Below, piece after piece: positions 41,447-50,773 of a DNA stretch of 64,000 nucleotides. Where the stretch lies: positions 2,688,001 through 2,752,000 of the forward strand of contig CAWDML010000001.1 of NCBI GenBank assembly GCA_963803435.1, given 5' to 3'. The notes under the pieces were generated by a model that was not told the origin of the DNA, did no database searches, and saw only the letters and a program-made list of their open reading frames with translations. This stretch comes from an uncultured delta proteobacterium. Lineage in GTDB: Bacteria > Myxococcota > Kuafuiibacteriia > Kuafuiibacteriales > Kuafuiibacteriaceae. The translations under genes and the position numbers were made by a program. The stretch's first letter is position 1; each line of letters opens with the position of its first letter.

Positions 41447-42992
41447 CCGGCCGTATCGGACCCGCATCGAGCGCGGCATTCTCCACGTCACGCTCGACAC
41501 GCCCCGGGCGCGCGTCAACATCTTCGACCTGCCCGCGGCCGAGCAGCTCGCGGCCATTCTGCAGGAGCTGCCGCCGGGCCTTCGCGCGATCGTCTTCGAG
41601 AGCGGCAAGCCGGGGAGCTTCATCAACGGCGCGGCGTTGATGATGGCGTCCGCTGTCAAGTCGAAGGAAGCAGCGGCCGAGGTGTCGGCGCCGATCCTCC
41701 GCGCCTACGACCTGGTCGAGCGCGCTCCGGTGCCCACCATCGCGGCCATCGAGGGCAGCTGCTTCGGATGCGGCGTCGAGTTCACGCTGCGCTGCCGACA
41801 TCGCATCGCGACGGATCGGCCGGAGACGCAGCTGTACATGACCGAGCTCTGCGATTACCTGCTCTCGCCGGCGTTCGGCAGCGTCAGCCGGCTTCCGCCG
41901 CTGCTCGGACTGGATCGAGCCGCCGACTTCCTGCTCTGGGGAGAGCGCTGGTCGGCGCAGGACGCCTTGCGCGCGGGCCTCCTCGATCGCGTCGCGCGGA
42001 CCGGCAGGCTCGATGGCACGATCGAGGGCCTGCTGGCGCACCCACCTCAGTCGGCCGCGCGCAGGACGACCGGTGGCTCCGCCCGCCGGCACCTGGCGCG
42101 GATCGATCGCCTTCCGCCGGCGCTTCAACCTCTCTACCGGAGCTGCCTCCGCCTGATGATGGACGCGACGCCGGAGCGCGAGCTGGCCCTCTCGGCGAAG
42201 ACGGCGGCGGCCCCGATCGCCAAGCGGGCCCTGGGCTTCTTCTTCGTGCGACAGATCGCCTCCGAGCTGTGCCACTTCGGCGAGACGAGACCGCTCCCCG
42301 AACCACCGCGCACCATCGGAGCGCTCGCGCGCGCGCTCGGGGTCTCGGTCCGGCGAAGCATCACGGGGCGCCCGCCGAAGCAGCAGCTGTATCGGCCTGA
42401 TCGGAGACGCCGCCGCGCCCTGGTCGAGGTCCAACGCTCCGGTGTGTCCGCCACCCTCGTCCATCACCTGGAGCGCATCGGTCAGGTCCCCATCGTCTCC
42501 TCACCGGTGCGAAGGTTCGCGATCGACGCGCTGCTGATCGCCCATCTCCGCCCGCTGCTCGAGGCCAGCGCGCGGGGCGCCAACGTGGAGGAGACGCTCA
42601 GGCGGTTCGGCTTCGTCGAGGGCCCCGGCGTCCTGCTCGCGCGCTTCGACGTGGAGCGTCTCTTCCCTGCGGGCGACGCGCGCTGGATCCGTCGCCTCCG
42701 TTCGGGCCGCCCCTCGCAGGGCCGCGTCGATCCGCGCCTGATCGACGCGCTCTGCCTCTCCTGGCTCGCCTCCGTCCGCGACCTGCTCACGACCGGCGTG
42801 ATCGCGCATCCGACCATCGTCGATCTGGCCGCGCGCGAGCTCCTCGACTTTCCACTCGAGCACCGTAGCCTCTGCTCGTTTCTCACCCGCGCCCGCGTGA
42901 GCACCGCGCTCTCCCGGATCAAACGAGGGGACGAGGCCGAGCGCGCCGCCGCCGAGGCGTACGTCTCGGGGATACGCGACTTCTACTCTTAG
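41436..42992 (+). CDS. Crotonase-fold enoyl hydratase-like protein, FadJ-like N-terminus with degenerate C-terminal part
   Basis: FESGKPGSFINGA, IAAIEGSCFGCGVE, LYMTE, RLPPLLG; no GxGxxG Rossmann motif downstream. Confidence 0.8.
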   Translation: MKTDRPYRTRIERGILHVTLDTPRARVNIFDLPAAEQLAAILQELPPGLRAIVFESGKPGSFINGAALMMASAVKSKEAAAEVSAPILRAYDLVERAPVPTIAAIEGSCFGCGVEFTLRCRHRIATDRPETQLYMTELCDYLLSPAFGSVSRLPPLLGLDRAADFLLWGERWSAQDALRAGLLDRVARTGRLDGTIEGLLAHPPQSAARRTTGGSARRHLARIDRLPPALQPLYRSCLRLMMDATPERELALSAKTAAAPIAKRALGFFFVRQIASELCHFGETRPLPEPPRTIGALARALGVSVRRSITGRPPKQQLYRPDRRRRRALVEVQRSGVSATLVHHLERIGQVPIVSSPVRRFAIDALLIAHLRPLLEASARGANVEETLRRFGFVEGPGVLLARFDVERLFPAGDARWIRRLRSGRPSQGRVDPRLIDALCLSWLASVRDLLTTGVIAHPTIVDLAARELLDFPLEHRSLCSFLTRARVSTALSRIKRGDEAERAAAEAYVSGIRDFYS

Positions 42993-43107
42993 AGCCGGTC
43001 CGAAGACCTCCGGACCGTTCCGCGTTTCCTGTTTCGCTCGTTCTGCTCATTCGCTATTCAAAGCGGCCGTTGTTGCATCGTGCTCGATCGAGTGTTCTGC
43101 AGAGTCG

Positions 43108-43901
43108 ATGCAGGCAAGATTCGCAAGTCTTCCGGACGCCCTGTGGAAACGAATCGAGCCGTTACTCGCGAAGCGAGGTCCAAGGCCGCGGGGAGGTCGC
43201 CCGCGGGTTGCGGATCGCGTCGTGATGGCAGGTATCGTCTATCGCCTTCGGACAGGGTGCCAGTGGAAAGCCCTGCCGCGGGAGTTCAGCTCCGGTTCGA
43301 CGTGCCACATTCGATTCCCGGCATGGTGCGCAGCAGGGATCTTCACCGCGATCTTCGCGGAGCTGCTGCGGTACTACGACAGGAGGCGCGGCATACAGTG
43401 GAAGTGGACTTCACTCGACAGCGCGATCGTCAAGGCTCCAAAGGGGGGGACCTGACCGGTCCGAACCCGACGGATCGAGCCAAGCAAGGCGTGAAGCGTC
43501 ACGTGCTCACGGATGGTCGTGGCGTTCCGTTGGCGGTCGAGATCTCAGGCGCGAACGTGCATGACAAGTGGCGGGTGTAGCAGACGCTCGACGGCGTCGT
43601 CCTACGGGGCTCCCGCGGTCCACGACGGCCGGAGCACCTCTGCCTGGATAAAGGCTACGACTACGCGGATGTCGAGGCCGCTATTCGTGCTCGCCGGATC
43701 AAACCGCATATCCGCCGCCGTGGCGAGCATGCACTCGCTGGCTGTGTCCACGGTAGGCCGCGGCGCTGGGTTGTCGAGCGCACGAACGCTTGGCACAACC
43801 AGTTCCGCGCATGACTCGTGCGGTGGGAACGAACGGGATCGCGGTATCTCGGGCTGGTTCATCTTGCGTGCGCGATCATCGCGTTCCAGCAGGCTCGATG
43901 A
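43108..43901 (+). pseudogene. IS5-family two-ORF transposase with premature stops
   Basis: WKRIEPLL, RTGCQWKALP, LDS; slippery AAAGGGGGGG at 43440-43449; orfB PTDRAKQGVKRHVLTD, DKGYD, RWVVER; stops at 43578 and 43812. Confidence 0.9.
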
Positions 43902-44254
43902 CTTCGCTGATCGAGCCTTCGCCGTCTTGATGGAGCTCGTCAGAATCGCAGAGAGTTCGTTGGCCTCTCGGATCAGCGAAGCGATCTCCGCTCCCTGCAT
44001 CAGCTCCGGATCGGCAAGACGCAACCAGTACAGCGACTCGCGGATCTCCTTGCGAGCGACCGCCATCTTTGGATGAAGTCGGCAAGGCTCTCGCCGCCAC
44101 GCGCTTCCTCGTCATTCGCACCACCTCCGGATGAACACCGGATCAGCTGTCGGACAACGTGCTTGCCGGCAAAGTCGTTTGGGAACTCGCGGCAAAGCCG
44201 AAGTACACGCTTCGCAAACTTGAGCAGTCGTTCTGCGATGTCATCGCCCTTCAT
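43902..44254 (-). pseudogene. Four-helix-bundle protein (TIGR02436-like); frameshift near 44070, 3' end runs into the transposase
   Basis: DIAERLLKFAKRVLRLC..P...QLIRCSSGGGAN.EEARGGES..DFI / KMAVARKEIRESLYWLRL...EANELSAIL. Confidence 0.85.
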
Positions 44255-44375
44255 CGCCGGATCGAACAGCGAATGACAGAACGACGAAACAGCAAACTGC
44301 GAACGGAACGGTTTCTGGACCGGCTCTTAGCGAGGCGCTGCGGCTCCAATGCTCGAGATAGGTCGAGAGCGCCGT

Positions 44376-45620
44376 CTATGAATCGGACTCCACTCTGCGT
44401 CGGAGCCGTCGCACGCGCACCCGCGTCCCGCCCGAGGGCACGATCATGAGCGCGCTCCGCACCGGGCGCGGCGGCGCGCGGTCCAGCCCCTCGAGGTCGA
44501 AGCCGCAGACGATCCGACCGATCGCCGTCGAGAGCTCCGACAGCGCAAAGCCCATCCCGATGCACCTGCGCGCGCCTCCCCCGAACGGCAGATAGGCGTA
44601 CGGCGACGGGCGCGTCCCCAGGAAGCGGGAGGGATCGAAGCGCTCCGGATCGGGATACAGGTCGTCGCGGTGGTGCGTGAGATAGATGCACGGCATCACG
44701 TGCTGGCCGACCTCCAGGCGATGTCCGGCCACCTCGAACGGCGCCGCCACCCGACGAGAGACCACCGGGATGACCGGCCGCATGCGCAGTGTCTCCTTGG
44801 CGGCCGCCTCCCAATACGGAGCGCCGCGTTCGCGGACGCGCTCCACCTCTCCCGGTGTGTAGAGGATCGAGAACATCGCCCACGCCAGGCTGGAGGCCGT
44901 GGTCTCGTGGCCGGCCACGATCAGCGTGACCAGTTCGTCGCGCACGGCCACCTCGTCGAGCCGCCCCTCGTCGTCCTGGTGGGCGATCAGGAGATCGAGG
45001 ACCGCGTCGACCCCTCCCGGCTCGCGTGTTCGGATCTCCTCGAAGAGGAGCTCGTCGATCTGCGCGCAGATCGGATCGCCACCCTCGAACAGCTTCAGGC
45101 TCAAGCTCGGTCGCTGGAGCATCTCGGTGAACAGCGCCGCCAGCTCGACCAGCCGCCTCGATCCGCCCAGCACGAACTCGAGGATGACTTCGAGCGAGAT
45201 CTTGACGGCGGTCGGGTGGATCGCGAGCGTCGTGCCCTCCGACCATTCGAGGAGCGCGCGCTCGGTGATCGTCTCGATCGTGCTCCGGAAGCGGTCGATC
45301 CGCTCCTCGGCGAACGCGGGCATGAGGATCTTGCGGTGCCGGCGGTGCTCGTGACCGTCGAGCAGAAGCAGGGAGCGATCGCCCAGCAGGGGACGGAGCG
45401 GATCGTTCCCCGCGCCCGCCTCGAGGGTGCCCGGGGGCGCGGTGAAGACGGTCCGGATCGCCTCGGGATCGGTGACGCAGACGTGCGCGCCATAATCGAG
45501 GAGCCGCAGCGTGAACGGATCGCCGAAGCGATCGAGACACTCGCTCAGGAAGTCATAGGGGGCGGCAAACCAGCGGAAAGACTGCCTCTCGGGCGGATCT
45601 GTGGGCCCGGGCGGCAGCAT
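44376..45620 (-). CDS. Cytochrome P450
   Basis: AGHETT, ETLR, PERF, FGGGARRCIG. Confidence 0.95.
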   Translation of the reverse strand: MLPPGPTDPPERQSFRWFAAPYDFLSECLDRFGDPFTLRLLDYGAHVCVTDPEAIRTVFTAPPGTLEAGAGNDPLRPLLGDRSLLLLDGHEHRRHRKILMPAFAEERIDRFRSTIETITERALLEWSEGTTLAIHPTAVKISLEVILEFVLGGSRRLVELAALFTEMLQRPSLSLKLFEGGDPICAQIDELLFEEIRTREPGGVDAVLDLLIAHQDDEGRLDEVAVRDELVTLIVAGHETTASSLAWAMFSILYTPGEVERVRERGAPYWEAAAKETLRMRPVIPVVSRRVAAPFEVAGHRLEVGQHVMPCIYLTHHRDDLYPDPERFDPSRFLGTRPSPYAYLPFGGGARRCIGMGFALSELSTAIGRIVCGFDLEGLDRAPPRPVRSALMIVPSGGTRVRVRRLRRRVESDS

Positions 45621-45629
45621 TCTGGGAGC

Positions 45630-47654
45630 TTAGCTCGGATACTCGAGCCCGAGCGACGCCCACAGGGGCCGAAAGTCGATCGGCTCGTCGAGCTGCTCCG
45701 TCGCCTCCAGCATGCGCTCCTGCTCGAGGAGCATCATCTTCACGTCTTCCTTCCCCCGCTTGGTGCGCACCGCCTGGCGCGGTGTGCGATCCCCGAGCAG
45801 CGGGATCGGGATGTCGAGCCACGCGTTCAGCTCTTCCTCGAGGTAGACGCGCAACTCGGCTTGCATCTCGGGTGTCAGCTTCTCAGGGTCGTCGCCGAGC
45901 TCCGACATGCCCTCGGCCACCGCCACCTGCGCATCCTCGAACACATCCGTCTTGTGTACGGCGGCGTCGCCGACCGCCGCTGCGAGCCGGGCCTTGGCCT
46001 TCTCGAGCTGTCGCGGCGAGGTCGCGAACAACATCAAGCGACCGCCCTCGATCTCGACGGACGCGAGCAGCTTCTCGCCCTCGATCAGCACGTACGAGTC
46101 ACCGTCTCCCGACCAGCCCGCGGCGGTGAGGCGTCCGGCGGCGTCTCCGGTGACCTCGTAGCGAGCCTGCGAGAACACCATCTCCTCGCCGTCCTCGTTG
46201 AGGATCGTCGGAATCGGCGGGCGCTCGCGCATGGCCTCGTGGAGCGCCGCCACCACGGGCGCGATCAACGACAGTCGCTGCTTCAGCGGCTGCTCCTTGC
46301 TGAGACTCGTGTAGTAGTCCTTGACCAGCCCCCGGGCCGACTCGGCGAGCATCCGGGGGAAGTGGAGGTTCGCGCCCTCGAGCACGTAGCGCCCGCCGTG
46401 ATCCTCAATCCAGGCCGCGAGCAGATCGCCCAGCGCGATCTCCCGAGTGGCGAGCTTCTCGTCGACCCAGATCTTCTTCCGTCGGAGGAGGTCTTTCAGC
46501 TCGATCCCCTCATCGAGCTTCACGTGGACGACCTCGAAGAGCGAGAACCATCCGGCTTCGATCGCGCGGAGGTCGGCCAGGTCGTCCGGACCGAGCTCGG
46601 GGGGCGGAGCGGCCAGAAAGCTCTGCAGGAAGGTGGACCCGTCGGGCTGCGCGATGCCGTACATCGCGTACGCCATCAGCATCGGATCGAGCAGGGTCTC
46701 CTCGTCCGGCTCGATCTCGTCGAGCTCGAAGCTCTCGCGGGCGGCCATGAAGTCGCTGAGCGCGTCCATGAGCAGATCGGTGCGGAGAACGCCGCGCAGG
46801 AGGTGATCGCGGCCGGTCTCGAGGGGGAGCTCGTCGATCAGCTCGAGGTCCTCGGGGAGGCCGGGAAACGAGTCGGGCCGATCGGGGATCCCGCGAAGAA
46901 ACAGCGTGTGCTCGTCGCCGTGGGAGTAGCTGTCGAGGATGAACTCGAACCAAAAGTTCGGCGTCTCCGAGCGCATGTGGCGGCGGTAAAGATCGCGGAG
47001 CGGCTCGCCCGCGGCGTCGCCCAGGTGACGGGTGAAGTAGTCCTGCCACTCGGTCTCGGCGTCCTCGCTCTCGAGCGCGTAGGGCGTGAAGCAAAGATCG
47101 GGCAGCGCGCGTGCGAGCCAGAGATCGCCGTCCCAGGGTGCAACCAGCCCGACCTCGAGCTGGTCGCCGGTCACCAGATCGACGAGACGGGCGGTCGATC
47201 CGGCGGAGCGCTCGCGCCGCAGCACACGCAGGTGCGTGCCGGCGAGGACACGCATGCGCTCGAGCTCCTCGCGCGGTGCACCGAACCGTTCGCAGACGTC
47301 GGCGGCGATGGTCGCCACCGATTCGCCGTCACCGATCGGAAGATCGATCAGCCACCAGCCGACGAAGAACGAGTCGCTGATCGGACTGTCGGGTGGACCG
47401 TGGGGGGAGTACTCCTCGTCGACCGCGAGGACGTCCTCCGCAAAGTCGGCGAGGGTCCGAGTGCCGGCGAGCGCCGACCCGACGCGGACCAGATACTGGT
47501 AGGACTTCATCCAGACGAAGGTCGCGGGCGGAACGTCCGCCGGGACCTCGACGGGACCTGCACCGCGGATCGCGTCGAGCACCGGCGCCGGACCACCCTT
47601 TCGCTCCATCGCCTCGATCTCTGCGATCACCTTCTTCGCGACCCGACCCACCAC
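45630..47654 (-). CDS. Hypothetical protein with a duplicated domain and C-terminal Xre/MbcA/ParS (DUF2384)-like motif
   Basis: C-terminal WLDIPIPLLGDRTPRQAV; two related halves; start uncertain. Confidence 0.7.
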   Translation of the reverse strand: MVGRVAKKVIAEIEAMERKGGPAPVLDAIRGAGPVEVPADVPPATFVWMKSYQYLVRVGSALAGTRTLADFAEDVLAVDEEYSPHGPPDSPISDSFFVGWWLIDLPIGDGESVATIAADVCERFGAPREELERMRVLAGTHLRVLRRERSAGSTARLVDLVTGDQLEVGLVAPWDGDLWLARALPDLCFTPYALESEDAETEWQDYFTRHLGDAAGEPLRDLYRRHMRSETPNFWFEFILDSYSHGDEHTLFLRGIPDRPDSFPGLPEDLELIDELPLETGRDHLLRGVLRTDLLMDALSDFMAARESFELDEIEPDEETLLDPMLMAYAMYGIAQPDGSTFLQSFLAAPPPELGPDDLADLRAIEAGWFSLFEVVHVKLDEGIELKDLLRRKKIWVDEKLATREIALGDLLAAWIEDHGGRYVLEGANLHFPRMLAESARGLVKDYYTSLSKEQPLKQRLSLIAPVVAALHEAMRERPPIPTILNEDGEEMVFSQARYEVTGDAAGRLTAAGWSGDGDSYVLIEGEKLLASVEIEGGRLMLFATSPRQLEKAKARLAAAVGDAAVHKTDVFEDAQVAVAEGMSELGDDPEKLTPEMQAELRVYLEEELNAWLDIPIPLLGDRTPRQAVRTKRGKEDVKMMLLEQERMLEATEQLDEPIDFRPLWASLGLEYPS

Positions 47655-47702
47655 CTCGCCGGTCTGCCGCAGTGCCTCGGGTTTGTCACGTCCCGGTCGC
47701 GC

Positions 47703-48032
47703 TCAGTACCTGAGCGCCGTGATCACCGGATAACGCATGGAGAAGGGACCATCGAGAGAGAAGGGCTGGATGCCCAGCCCGAGCTCGCGCTCGAGGCTCG
47801 GGGGCGCCGCATCCCTTCCATCGAAGGAGACCGAGAGGTCGGGCCCCAGCCGGAAGTGGAGCGGGCTGTAGATCCGGCCGAAGGTCGGTTCACCAGGCCG
47901 GGGAACCAACCAGGACGGGGGAGGAGCGGGAGTCACGTCGAACTGCGGCGGCGCCCCGAGCGCGATCGCAGGGAAGAGCAGCAGCCCCGCGGTGGCGAGC
48001 GCACTGATCGTGCGATGAAGGGTGCGTTGCAT
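47703..48032 (-). CDS. Small secreted hypothetical protein
   Basis: GGAGG RBS and signal peptide MQRTLHRTISALATAGLLLFPAIALG. Confidence 0.6.
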   Translation of the reverse strand: MQRTLHRTISALATAGLLLFPAIALGAPPQFDVTPAPPPSWLVPRPGEPTFGRIYSPLHFRLGPDLSVSFDGRDAAPPSLERELGLGIQPFSLDGPFSMRYPVITALRY

Positions 48033-48135
48033 GAGCGACCTCCTCCGGAGGCCACAGCAGGTGGGCGCAAGGACTTCGGCCACGCGTCACTGAACCGCGG
48101 CCACCGCGCCCGATGTAGCGACGCGTCCGCGGCGG

Positions 48136-49611
48136 TCAAGCCTTCCCGATGGCGGTCGCCCACTTCGCCAGCAAACGTTTCGCGGCGGCGTCGTTCCCGG
48201 GGCTGAACCGCCTGTCTTCTCGCCACACGTCGCGGATGGCCTGCTTGCTCGTGAACAATCCTGCGCCCAGACCCGCGAGGAAGGCTGCCCCGGCGGCCGT
48301 CGTCTCGATCATCATCGGGCGCACGACGGTGCTCCTGGCCAGGTCCGCCTGGATCTGCATCAGCAGATCGTTCGCGCTGGCGCCGCCGTCCACCTTGATC
48401 TCGCCGAGCTTGCCGGTGTCGCTCTTCATCGCGCTGATGACCTCGTGGCATTGAAGCGCGACGCCTTCGAGCGTGGCGCGGGCGAGATGCGCGCGCGAGG
48501 TGTCGCGCGTGATGCCGCTGATGAGACCCCGGGCCTCCGCGCGCCAGTGCGGTGCGCCCAGCCCGGTGAGCGCCGGGACGAACACGACGTCGCCCGAATC
48601 CTCGACCGCCGCGGCCAAGCCCTCGACCTCGGACGCCTGCGCGATGATCTTGAGGCCGTCGCGCAGCCATTGAACGGCCGCACCGGCGCAGAAGACCGAG
48701 CCCTCCAGCGCGTACTCGAGCGGCGCGTCCGGGCCGAGCTTCCACGCGACCGTGCTGAGCAAGCCGGCTTGCGAACGCGCGATCTGGGTCCCCGTGTTCA
48801 CCAGGATAAACGCGCCCGTGCCGTACGTGCACTTGACGTCCCCGACGTCGAAGCACGCCTGACCGAACAGCGCGGCCTGTTGATCGCCCGCAATCCCCGC
48901 GATCGGGATGCCGTCGGGGAGGCCCGCGACGCCCTTCGTCAGGCCGTACACCTCGGCGCTCGAGCGGACCTCGGGCAGGAGCTTCTGCGGGACGCCGAAC
49001 AGCTCCAGCAACGAGGGGTCGAAGCGGCCGGTCTCCAGGTTGAACAGCATCGTCCGCGATGCGTTGGTCACGTCGGTCACGTGGACGGCGCCGCCGGTCA
49101 GCCGCCAGATCAGGAAGGTGTCGATCGTGCCCATCGCGAGCTCGCCCGCTTCGGCCCGCTTGCGGGCGCCGCCGACGTTCTCGAGCAGCCACTCGACCTT
49201 CGTGCCGGAGAAGTACGGATCGAGGACCAGGCCGGTCTTGCTCCGGATCTCGGCCTCCTTGCCGGCCGCCTTCAGGGCGCGGCAGCGGTCCGCCGTCCGG
49301 CGGCACTGCCAGACGATCGCGGGGTGGATCGGACGTCCCGTGCCGCGCTCCCAGAGCCCCACGGTCTCGCGCTGGTTCGTGATGCCGATGGCCGCGACCC
49401 GCTTGGCCTCCACGCGACCGAGGACCGCCGCCAGCGTCGCCCCGGTGGAGGCCCAGATGTCCTCCAGGTCGTGCTCGACCCACCCGGGACGGGGAAAGAT
49501 CTGCCTGAACTCCCTGTTTTCCCGGGCGATTACGTTGAGCTCACCGTCGACCGCTACCACGGTCGTGCCGGTGGTCCCCTGGTCGATCGCCAGCACCAGA
49601 TCGCGTGTCAT
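48136..49611 (-). CDS. glpK: Glycerol kinase
   Basis: IDQGTTG, ITNQRET, WQCRRT, GDQQAALFG, KCTYGTG, VDGG. Confidence 0.96.
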   Translation of the reverse strand: MTRDLVLAIDQGTTGTTVVAVDGELNVIARENREFRQIFPRPGWVEHDLEDIWASTGATLAAVLGRVEAKRVAAIGITNQRETVGLWERGTGRPIHPAIVWQCRRTADRCRALKAAGKEAEIRSKTGLVLDPYFSGTKVEWLLENVGGARKRAEAGELAMGTIDTFLIWRLTGGAVHVTDVTNASRTMLFNLETGRFDPSLLELFGVPQKLLPEVRSSAEVYGLTKGVAGLPDGIPIAGIAGDQQAALFGQACFDVGDVKCTYGTGAFILVNTGTQIARSQAGLLSTVAWKLGPDAPLEYALEGSVFCAGAAVQWLRDGLKIIAQASEVEGLAAAVEDSGDVVFVPALTGLGAPHWRAEARGLISGITRDTSRAHLARATLEGVALQCHEVISAMKSDTGKLGEIKVDGGASANDLLMQIQADLARSTVVRPMMIETTAAGAAFLAGLGAGLFTSKQAIRDVWREDRRFSPGNDAAAKRLLAKWATAIGKA

Positions 49612-49651
49612 GTGCGGAAGCTAGCACGCTCTGCTACGCTGTCCATCACCG

Positions 49652-50773
49652 ATGCGGCGCCGTGTTTTACTCGGCTTTTCGCTGCTTTGCGCATGTGGGC
49701 CCCACGCCGGTGAAGAAGACTCCGAGATCCTCGCGCCGTTCGAAAACTTGGCCGGCGGGGTGGTGTACGCGACCGCGGCCATCCCCGGCGCCAACGGCTA
49801 CGACCTGTGGTGGTCGCCCGTTCCGCTGGGCGGAACGGCGGAGCGCGTCCCCTACACGCGCCTGACCAGCAGTCGCGGCGACGAGTGGCAACCGTCGGTC
49901 TCGGCGGGCGGCCGAGCGCTCGCCTTCGCCCGAAAAGACGACGGCATCTTCCTGATCACCGAGAGTGGGCGCATCAGCCGCATCAGCGACACCAAGGGGA
50001 CCGCGTTCGCCGACTCGCTGCCCGCCGTCTCCTTCGACGGCGTCAAGGTGGCCTGGGTGCGCGAAGACTTCGGCCGCCCCCTCGGCGACGGCGGATTCGT
50101 CGAGACCTACATCATGATCGCGAACTTCGACGGCTCGGACGCGCACGCGGTGAGCCCGCGGGAGGGCGCGGTTCAGGACGCGCCCGTGTTCGAGCCGCTG
50201 CCCCGCTCCAGCCAGCTCGCGTGGAGCGAGTTCGCGGTCTCGACGCTCACCAGCGGCGGACCGCAGGACTACGGGATCTGGGTCCACGACTACAAGCTCA
50301 ACACCGGCCGCTACGCCTGCAAGGACCCGGGCCTGATCATCCGCGAGGCGCTCTACCGCTGCTTCGGCCAGCACCTCGCCTGGCCGGTGCAGACGGCCAT
50401 CGTGGTCCCGCAGGAGTTCCTCGAGATCTCCACGTTCGGCGACGACCCCACCACGATCTATCCGGAGATTCTCGCCGGCATCAGCAGCCAGCAGGCCGGG
50501 GTCCCGGAGACCACGCCCGCGTTCAGCGGGTTTCATGCGCCCTTCCCGCTGTCCGCCAGCTACGACGGGGTGAACCGGCTCATCTTCGACGGCCTCGTCG
50601 GATCGATCGAGGGCGACTCGCCAACGCTCGGGTTCTTCGTCGCGCAGGTCGACGGTGGAGGTCTGTGGCGCCTCTTGATCCAGGATCACTCCGCTGATCT
50701 CGATCCGTCGAGCACGGGGAGCTACTTCTTCTCGGTCGCCACTCCGCAGCTGATCCCGGTAGCTTCACCGTGA
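49652..50773 (+). CDS. TolB/PD40-like beta-propeller lipoprotein
   Basis: Lipobox LCAC; RLTSSRGDEWQPSVSAGGRALAF; PAVSFDGVKVAW. Confidence 0.7.
   Translation: MRRRVLLGFSLLCACGPHAGEEDSEILAPFENLAGGVVYATAAIPGANGYDLWWSPVPLGGTAERVPYTRLTSSRGDEWQPSVSAGGRALAFARKDDGIFLITESGRISRISDTKGTAFADSLPAVSFDGVKVAWVREDFGRPLGDGGFVETYIMIANFDGSDAHAVSPREGAVQDAPVFEPLPRSSQLAWSEFAVSTLTSGGPQDYGIWVHDYKLNTGRYACKDPGLIIREALYRCFGQHLAWPVQTAIVVPQEFLEISTFGDDPTTIYPEILAGISSQQAGVPETTPAFSGFHAPFPLSASYDGVNRLIFDGLVGSIEGDSPTLGFFVAQVDGGGLWRLLIQDHSADLDPSSTGSYFFSVATPQLIPVASP

Larger units (their letters stand above)
42992..44326. mobile_element. Inverted-repeat-bounded cassette 2 (IS5-family transposase pseudogene plus four-helix-bundle gene)
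   Basis: Left GAGCCGGTCC..CCGTTCC..CTGTTTCGCTCGTTCTGCTCATTCGCTATTC matches the reverse complement of 44258-44326 (GAGCCGGTCC..CCGTTCC..CTGTTTCGTCGTTCTGTCATTCGCTGTTC); TTA on both flanks. Confidence 0.82.

Noticed and set aside
35010-43580. Amber recoding suggested by in-frame TAG at 35010 and 43578 (and 31419)
   Set aside because: TAG is a normal stop for many genes here, the IS5 remnant also has an in-frame TGA, and no pyl genes are seen.
34695-44254. Diversity-generating retroelement suggested by Avd-like four-helix genes
   Set aside because: No reverse transcriptase and no template/variable repeat pair with adenine-specific mismatches were seen.
34624-44326. Single composite transposon formed by the two cassettes
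   Set aside because: The two cassettes have different IR sequences and separate target duplications; independent insertions are simpler.
48067-48082. Sigma-54 promoter before the small secreted gene (TGGCCGAAGTCCTTGC, minus strand)
   Set aside because: GG to GC spacing is 11 nt rather than the required 10.
44670-48206. 1178-aa plus-strand ORF
   Set aside because: Antisense shadow spanning the P450 and neighbouring minus-strand genes; common in high-GC DNA.
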